64,000 nt of DNA. Source: the human T2T-CHM13v2.0 reference genome, Homo sapiens. The notes beneath the pieces are model-generated. The model was not told where the DNA came from and did not search any database. It was given only the letters and a program-made list of their open reading frames with translations. Shown one piece after another: positions 55,180 to 64,000 of this stretch; the stretch's first letter is position 1, and every line of letters begins with the position of its first letter. Made by a program: the position numbers and the translations under genes. The DNA lies in NCBI RefSeq assembly GCF_009914755.1, contig NC_060926.1; one strand, written 5' to 3'.

Positions 55180-56050
55180 CCACACATAGTTAATATCTTT
55201 GTGTATTTCTTTTCACCTTTCCCCCTTATGAATAGATTTATTTAAGTTTTATTTAATTGTAACCACAGTATTTACATAATTTTATATCCTACTCCTTTCA
55301 CCTAATATATTGTAACCTTTGCCCATGTTATTTTATGGTATTTGTAAACATAATATTTAAGGGCCTCATAATCTGTTATTAAGTGGCTATATTATAGTTC
55401 CCATAACCAATCCTCTCTTTTAGACCTATAGGTTGCTTCCAGTTTTTTTGGACAGGTTACAGAGTTAGAGTTAGATTTGAAATCCTTATCTAAATCTATT
55501 TTTCCTCCCTTTCCAGACTGCGAATATACAATATGCTGGCTACTCCCTAGCCAGCATGGGTCTTTTTTTCTATCTGAAAACCTTTTGCTAACTTGATAGA
55601 TCACAAAATGGTATTTGGGATTAACTCGTATTACTTTGATTATTATTCAGATTCTTTCCCCCCATGTTTTGTCAATGAGTTGTACTTCCTTCACCATGCA
55701 AATTTATTTCTCAATTAACCTCTTTATTTTAGTTATTTTATCTTATTATGTTCAGAGATTTGTACTTTTTATGCAGTTAAATCCATGTAGCTTTCTTTGT
55801 GGCTTTTTCTAATCTCTTAAACTTAGAAATTTCTCTTTACTCTAGAGGTTTGACAAATATTCTATTCAGTTACCTTTTAGGTTCTTTTGATGACTTAATT
55901 CTTTTACCTTTTACTCTTTGGTGCCACCTGGTATTTATTTTAGTGTATGGTGTGAGATATAGGTATACATCAGTTTTGTTTCCAAATTACAAAACTATTT
56001 TGCTGACTGAGTTCCTTTTTGCCTTGTGATGACTTCTTTATCAGACATTA
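55180..56050 (-). mobile_element. Ancient L1 (L1ME-like) fragment
   Basis: T-rich; taggttgcttccagttt, ggtatttattttagtgtatggtgtgagatatagg. Confidence 0.6.
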
Positions 56051-56484
56051 AGTGTATGTGTGTGTGTGTGTGTGTGCATGCAAGCTTTAGGCATTTTTCA
56101 TAAGAAATATATCAAAAGCTATTGGAATCAGTCACTTTCATTTACATATAAAAAATTTACATATTTGCATTGTGGTAGGCTCCTTTGACTAGGCAATTAT
56201 GTGGCCTACTTTGGAGTAAAAAAAATGAGGTGACTGTGAACAGTAGACTATTGTGTGAAAATCCTTGAGAACGTCAAGCAAGAGCAGAATCTTGAGCACC
56301 CTGTCAGAATTAAGGGTGCTCATCAGATTTATTTATGGAAACCAAGAAACATACACATACAACCTTGGGCTCTATCAGGAGCAATTTTCACTTAGTAGGT
56401 CTTAATTGGGGCCTGAGCGTTTCTGTTTTATAAAAGCTACATAAATGGCCCTAATTTGTACCCCCAGTTGAGAACAGTCTGGAG

Positions 56485-56820
56485 CAGGGGTCTGTAAACT
56501 ATGAACCACATGCCACATTCCAGCCTGCTGCCTGCTTTTGTATGACTCATGAGCTAAAAATGTTTTTTTTATATTTTTAAATGGTTAAAAAAAATTTAAA
56601 GAATAGTGTTTCATGACATGTAAAAAAATATATGAAATCCAATTCCAGCATTCAAAAATAAAGTTTTATTGAAACACACCTATGCGCATGTGTTTATGTT
56701 TTGTTTATGGCTGATTTGCACTATCGTGGTGGAGTTGAGTCATTGTGACAGAGACCATATGGCCTAAAAGCAAAAGATATTTACTATCTGCCACTTTATG
56801 GAAAAAGTTAGTGATCTCTG
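56485..56820. mobile_element. MER58B-like hAT MITE
   Basis: caggggtctgtaaactat...ctg; 8-bp TSD gtctggag/gtctagag. Confidence 0.85.
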
Positions 56821-56979
56821 GTCTAGAGCACTGAAGTGAGAATTAGAGTTCCTTGGTTCTGGGGTGTTATGGAAGCACAGTGCTAGAATGTTTTGTTGTT
56901 GTTCATTTCGGCAGCAAGATGACTATAGTTATGTCAAGGTTCTAAGGGCAAGAAACAGTGCTGAAAAAGATTATAAATT

Positions 56980-57920
56980 GCAGGTCTTCTGGTTTTTGCA
57001 ATAATGTGAATTTGACATCTTGAAATCCTGCTAAAAAACAGCCTCATGAAATAGAAATAAACCACTCTTTAAATGCATGGCTGAACTGGAAAAAATTAAG
57101 GGTAATTTTCAGAGGCATCAAACAAGGTAGAAACACAAGCCCAGATGGCTGAGTGTGCACCAAAGTTGGCAGTTGGCTTAAGGGAATTTTCTGATCCCTG
57201 GTGATCACTTGGGGAAACAGGAGACAGTGCCCTGGGCTAATGCACAGCAGGGAGTTGGATTGTCAGTCCCTCACAGTAACACCAGGACAACATCCTGAAG
57301 GACAACATCGTTACTGAAAGGCTGACCTAGAAAATAAAGGCACACAAGGAGAGATAAGAAAGAAACTTGCTATCTTGGCCTTTGGTTCAGAATAAGGAAA
57401 AAATCTTCCCCTGATAATTCATAACACAAACTAGCCCTTATGCAGATTTGGGGCCTGGATGCACACAAAGTATAAGGGTGATCCAAGAATTTAGTTTAAA
57501 GTAGTTTCAAGTTGATAGTGCCCCTAGGTACCTGGCAGTAGCAAATACCTATCCTCTCTGGAGGAATAAACCACCCAACATGTGGCTTATATAATTCCCA
57601 CACATAAAGTTCCAATAGGCATGAACTCACACATGGATATACACACAAATAACAAAACACATGAGGAACTAAGAAACCATGAGTGAAGTCAGAACAGATA
57701 ACAAACAGCAGAAGTGGTCTTACACAGGGTTCAGACAAAGGAACTATCAGATATAGAATATAAAATAGCCATGTTTTATAAATTTAAAGAAATAAAAGAG
57801 TAAGTCAAAAGTATGAGTAAAAACAGGAGACCATTCAAAATGACCAACAGATTTGGAAAAGGATAAAATAGAACTTCTAGAAACACACACACAAAATAAT
57901 TAAAATAGTGCAATGTCAAT
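56980..57920 (+). mobile_element. Ancient L1/HAL1-like 5' UTR-ORF1 remnant
   Basis: A-rich acacatgagga...aaccatgagtga...ggaactatcaga...aaatagaacttctagaaa. Confidence 0.55.
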
Positions 57921-58180
57921 TTAATCCACTGTCCGACCTTTCAGGAGAACAAGTGACTACCCTAGATGGGTGGTATAGGTGGATACAAGATAGTTTAACA
58001 ATGACCTGTAGAGAGCTCTGAAGGACAGGCTGAGGAGTTTGGAACTTATTCTGTATGCCCTGAGGAGCCTCTGACATCTCTTGATCAGGATTGGTCACAG
58101 GAAGATTCAGGTCCCATCATGTTTAACCCCAAGCCTAGCATCTTTCAGAGAACGCAGATATGTACTTCCTTAACAGAGTC

Positions 58181-58532
58181 GGGGCGGGCACAGTAGCTCT
58201 CACTTGTAATCCCAGAACTTTAGGAGGCTGAGGCAGGTGGGTCGCTTGAGCCTAGGAGTTCAAGACCAGCCTGGGCAACACGGTGAAACCCTGTCTCTAC
58301 AAAAAATACAAAAATTAGCTAGGCATGGTGGTGTGCACCTGTTGTCCCAGCTGCTCAGGAGGCTGAGGCAGGAGGATCACTTAAGCCCAGGAGGTGGAGG
58401 TTGCAGTGAGCCAAGTTCGGGCTACTGCACTCCAGCCTAGGCAACAGAGTGAGATCCTGTCTCACAACAAAAAAAAAAAAAAAAAAGAAGAAGAAAAGAA
58501 AAATAAAAGAAAAAAAGAGAGAGGAGAGAGAG
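58181..58532 (+). mobile_element. AluJ-like with A/GA-rich tail
   Basis: Dimer with gcttgagcctaggagttcaagacc; agagtc flanks both ends. Confidence 0.93.
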
Positions 58533-58887
58533 AGAGTCTCAAGAACTGAAATGTTGCAACTCAGTTGCAGGGTGAAAATAAGGGGCATGGTGTGCAAATG
58601 GCAAGTTCAATCCTATCATCAAATGGACAAACTGACACATTAATGTATGTGTTATTGATGTAAGCATGACCACCAATAGGCAGGAAAATGAAACGCAAAA
58701 GAAGTCCAAAAGAAAGATGGTGGGCTGAGATAGAGAAATTTTGCAGGCAAATGGGAGTTGTGGCAGGGTGAGTAGGCAGGTAAGTTAACAATGAGTAGAA
58801 ATAAAGATGGGAAGGAAAACAGTCAAGAATGAAAACACAAAAAGGTAAGTAGTTGCTGATTTAACCTCAGCACATATAGTATCAGCA

Positions 58888-59251
58888 TGTTATGCTCTGA
58901 ATGTTGGTGTCCCCCTGCAAATTCATGTGCTGGAACTTAATCTCCAATGAGATAGAACTAAAAGATGGAGCCTTTAGGAGGTGATTAGATGAGAAGCATG
59001 GAGCGCTTGTGAATAGGATGCCTGCACTTGTAAAAGAGGCTTGAGGGAGCCCACTTGCTTCTTCCACCAAGCGAGGACGCAGCAAGGAAGAGCCATCTTG
59101 GAAGCAGAGTGCAGCCCCCAGCAGACACTGAATCTGCTGCTACCTTGACTTTGGATTTCCCATTCTCCAGAACTGTGAGCAGTAAATTTCTATTGTTTGT
59201 AAATTACCCAGTCTAAGGCATTTTGTTATAGCAGCTGAAGAGATTAAGACA
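58888..59251 (+). mobile_element. MaLR solo LTR (MST/MLT1A-like)
   Basis: tgttatgctctgaatgttggtgtcccc...gattaagaca; TSD cagca at 58883-58887 and 59252-59256. Confidence 0.9.
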
Positions 59252-60534
59252 CAGCACCAGGGCGTTATCAGTAAACCAATCAATGTGGATCCTAGGGCAT
59301 ATGTAGCTGAGAGGGAGAGAATTTTCTCTCATTCTGAAGACCAAGGCCTTTATTTTGTAATCATTCCTAAAATTCTTTGTTAGTATTATTTCCCTAAGAC
59401 ACTCATCTTTCAAAATTACACAATAACCCTGCTTTGTACACTTATTGCTTTGTTTGATATTGTTACTCTTGACACGGCAGCACCCCCTGCCCTCTCAACA
59501 CTCTGCCTCTACCTTCTGAAGCCTAACTTTTTCAAAAATTTCCCAGACAGCTCTGAGGAGAGTCTCTGATTCTGCTTACATTCTGTTTTCTGCCTGATCT
59601 TCATAGGTTAATCTCACTGCGAGATGGCATGCAATTAATGAGACTTATTATGTTAATGAACACACCAGTTATTATTTAATAATTATGTTAGCGATAAAAA
59701 CAATTATGGGTTAATTGTTACAATTACTATTAAAATAACAAACTGAAGGTTTAATTTATGTCTACAGTTCAATTAAAAAGAAATTTAAACAGAATTGTGA
59801 GCAGATGACTGATATATAGGAGACAAAGAATTTATACATGTAAAAGTTAACAGCTTTCAACCTCAACCAACAGACGTGACACAAGAAAGATGTGGATGCT
59901 GAGAGACTTGGTGAAGAGTAATCTTAGGCATTTCCTAAGAAAAGCAAAACTGCTAGAAAAACATCTCAGTTTGGAAGAACATCAGTGGATAAGATATTGG
60001 GACTTATGACTGATTATAGTGTCAAAGTCAAGAAGGTATCAACACAGGACACAAGCCATAACCAGGTCAGGTGAGCTGTCTTCTTGGTCACCAAATAGCC
60101 ATTGACTTTTGGAAGTTCATCTTACTCTCTTGAATAAGAAATGAGTATTTGTAGAGGCGTTGCTTCCCGGACATCAAAGTAACCTTTACTAGAGTCGGCC
60201 TCTGTATCAATGAATTGTGTGTGTGTGGGTACATGTGTACATGCATGTACATAGGCACAGGCAGGCAGACTTCTATGATTAGTCCATTTGCAATGAGGAT
60301 TCTTTGCCCATAAATCATTTATCTTAAAATCTCCTTCTTGAGATAATGCATTGCAAAAACTACTTGTTAATGGCAAATCAGGCTATGAGGACATATATGG
60401 ATTTGTGGAGAGAATGTCATGATCATAAGCCATATCTGCATTTCTGCATCTTCTTTATTATTATTTTAAAATGTAATCTTTTTAAAAATATGTCGCTTGA
60501 ACTTAATTAGTTTCCTTCTTTTTCTTTGGCTTGG

Positions 60535-60985
60535 ATTCATAGACTATTCTTCTGGGAGGGAACCTAGAGCTCAGCTAGTCCAATCCACTCGTTTTCCAGA
60601 TGAGAAAACCCAGGACCTGAAAGAGAAAGTTATTTGCCCAAAGTTATCAGGTCAATTTGTGGCAGATTTGGAACTAAAATTCCAGCCTTTCTACTTCTCA
60701 GACACGATCTCTACTCTATCCTTTCCAGGACTCATCATCAAGTATGTCATAAATAATGATATCATTTTATAGTTGTAAAAAATTGTACAGTTTTTAAAAC
60801 ACTTTCATATATATCATCTCACTGGACCCTCGTAACACCCAATGAGATAAACTCAGACATTTTTATCTGTATTTTAAATAGATGAGAATCCTGAAATGTA
60901 CTAGTCTGAGGTCACATGCTAAGTCAATGTTAGAAGTGTTACCGAAAGCCAGTCTTGCCATTTCTGGCTTATGCTCTTGCATTGC
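60535..60985 (-). mobile_element. Two MIR fragments
   Basis: cagatgagaaaacccagg...ttgcccaaagt and cctcgtaacaccc...agatgaga...gaggtcacatgcta. Confidence 0.6.
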
Positions 60986-61472
60986 TCCAAGAAACAGGAA
61001 AACAAGGGCTGAGATAATAGGGATTTATTAAAAAAAAAAACAACAACTCGGAAACTACTTTAAGTTTCCTTTGTAAATATTTTTTCAAAATATCAACCCA
61101 TCACATCTGAAGAATTTCCCCCTTGGCATGTTCTGCACGAATCCTACAGAGTCTGTGTGGCAGTGGGGAGAGCCAGACAGACATTTGAGCTGTGAAGAGC
61201 ACGAATCTTATGAACTTTTCATGTACTGTTTAGGGTCAGCAATCCCAGTCTAGTGTTGCTAAGCAGTGCCACTCATGAAGCCCAAAGCCCTACCATCTCT
61301 ATAGGTATTAAAGAAAGAATGCTAAAAAGGTAAGAATTTAGAAGAATAAGAATGGAAGAAATGACCTAGGAGACAGGGGTAAAAGGAGAAGATGGAACAG
61401 TGGTGATGGGTATTATACCAGCTGCCATTGCTTGAAAGTCTACTGGAGTGTTGGGGGTGGGAGATAACCCCT

Positions 61473-61926
<454 letters not shown>

Positions 61927-62119
61927 GTGTCAGAGGCTCTGAGTTGGCATTTAGAATCACCCCTTTCTCCAGCTCTTAATTGACCTATGTCCTTGCTCCA
62001 TTTGGGATGGCCTAAGGTAGTAGCCAATATGAGTGAACCTTTCACTTAGGTTTTTTCAGGTCCCGTAGACATGGCCAAAATTAATGAAAACAGCTGATAG
62101 CTATTAAGAGGAGCTTATA

Positions 62120-62350
62120 ACAACAAAGCTAACATTTATTGAGAGTCTTCTATGTGCCAGGCTCTGTTCTAAGACTTGTATGCATTTGAGCTCTTTGAAT
62201 TCTCACAGCTCTATAAAGTAATTTCCTTTTATGGATGAGAAAAATTGATGCACAAAGAAGTGAATTATCTTGTTCAAGGTCACACAACTAATAAGTGGCA
62301 CAGTTGGGATTCAAACCAGGGCCCTTGGGATCAGTCATTATGCTGTATAG
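62120..62350 (-). mobile_element. MIR
   Basis: gctaacatttattgag...ctatgtgccaggc...caaggtcacacaactaataagtggc. Confidence 0.85.
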
Positions 62351-63499
62351 ATAAACCCTGAGTAAATATTAAATGATTCCAGCAAGGACTGAGTCCTCAG
62401 CCTCTCTAGTGCCATGGAGGCTTCTAGGCATGCTGCTGTGTTCCTTGCTCAAGGTGCAAACTGCATGCAAATAAGTGAAACAGGGTAGAATAAGCCCTCT
62501 GTGGTCTGACTTTGTAGACTGGTGATTCCATACCCAATATGTTAGTCTCCTAAAAGCCTGTAAAAACCAGTTAGCTGAAGGTTAGGCAAACCACAAGCTC
62601 ACAAAGGAGTACTTCTTCCTGTGATTTAGAATATGCCAGTCTCAATGGACTTGAGCTCAAGAGTGTGGATGTGGCATTTCCAAGCCCTCCTTCACCAGTG
62701 AGTTCCAGGGATATATGGTATTCAGCCTTTCAATGAAGGTAGAGGGAGAATCAGTCCTGAGAGGTGTTAGAGTCAGGCCAGGGTTACTGGCAGCTTTCTG
62801 TGAAGGAGGAAAAATAAATTAGGAACAAAAGTAATTCTCTGTCTTCATTGATTTCAGAAGCTGTTTATTTACAAGTGTCATGCAATTTTCCTTCTCCTTT
62901 GCAACAAATTTATCACTGGTGGAGGGAAAAGATTTGCTCAGTGGTGGCTCCAAGAGTCTTGAGGAGCTTAGAGCTGCCAAGATCAGGAAATGAAACACAT
63001 ACTTTTTGCTAAGGCAGTTTTTTTTTTCCCTCATCAGATCAGTGGTCATGCAGAGAAAAGGAACATTTGACAGGTACACAGGCAAATTTAGTGGCAAGAA
63101 AATAGCCATAGCCTCAAATGCATTGTAGCTTCTGATCAGAGCCACTTGAAATAGTCTGTTCAGTTAAAACAGGCCAACCTTCGGGTGTTGGATTCTGAGT
63201 TCCTGGCTTGAGAAAGGTTGAGTAGAATCTAGGTCATTGCTTCTGTGTAGCTATTATAAGGCATTATAGAACTCATGAATCCAATTAGAGTAGAGCAATA
63301 GGATTTAAAACAAGTAGGAATAAACTACCTTCAGGGTTAGAGCATGCAACATTTCCTTTGTTCTCCCAAGATGATTTGGCATTTTATAGATTACAGGTCT
63401 GTGATGATGCTGAATATCATTTGAACTTATCTAGTTATCCAACACTTTTAGAAGACATGGGGAGGAGATAGCGTTTTACTCACCCCTGTGAAGCATTCC

Positions 63500-63762
63500 C
63501 AGTACTCATGCAGCCATTCTGTTTTTCACTTTCAGTATTGTATTCAATAAATTACATGAGGTACTCAACACTTTGTCATAAAATAGGTTTTGTGTTGGAT
63601 GATTTTGCCTAACTGTGGGCTAATGTAAGCATTCTGAGCATACTTAAGGTGGGCTAGGCTAAGCTATAATGTTCATTAGGTGAAGTGTATTACATGCATT
63701 TTTAGCTTATGATATTTTCAACTTATGTTGGGTTTAATGGGATGTAAGTTGAGAAGCATCTG
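63500..63762 (-). mobile_element. MER47A-like Tigger MITE
   Basis: tattcaataaattacatgag...ggctaggctaagctat...gagaagcatctg followed by TA. Confidence 0.8.
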
Positions 63763-64000
63763 TATGTGTTTTTCAAATCCAAAGGGAGAAGATGTGAATG
63801 CTATCTGGCAAGTGCAGGCCATGATTACTAGCTGTACATATTAAAAACATTGAATAAGTTCCCGTTTCTTTTGAGTACAGCAAGCCATAAAGAGGGAGAA
63901 GGGCCCCCCTCTGCTTCCCCAACAGGGTTTCTCCCTACGGTTTTGTTTTTGAGTAACTTCAGCAAAAGAGAAGCTCCTTGCTGCAAAGCCTGGTGAGCTC

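Noticed and set aside
60236-60251. 16-bp palindrome tgtacatgcatgtaca
   Set aside because: Part of a low-complexity purine-pyrimidine alternating tract where palindromes arise by chance
61400-61430. Possible continuation of the COX1 NUMT (reverse strand gcagctggtata, AAG-like)
   Set aside because: Too short and separated by about 44 unrelated bases; may be chance

Overview
Primate (human-like) nuclear DNA, rich in transposable elements, with no recognisable protein-coding exon, structural RNA gene or CpG island. The ORF track is almost entirely spurious or TE-derived. The real coding relics are L1 ORF2 pieces (28.8-30.5 kb), a decayed ERVL-class provirus (41.3-46.2 kb), a pogo/Tc2-type transposase fossil (35.5-35.8 kb) and a mitochondrial COX1 NUMT (61.5-61.9 kb). 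The most unusual structures not explained by TEs are local templated copies. One is a gap-free 150-bp inverted duplication (38152-38301 vs 39467-39616, 139/150 identical) whose upstream copy is flanked by a 14-bp direct repeat. Another is an 85-bp direct copy (41227-41311 vs 45326-45410, 79/85 identical) of ERV-internal sequence lying outside the provirus. A 34-bp tandem duplication and a small foldback also occur. There is also a three-level nested insertion: a 5'-inverted L1PA inside THE1 inside an older LTR. I cannot demonstrate a new biological system from sequence alone. TE subfamily names come from recalled consensus sequences, and boundaries of old repeats are approximate.
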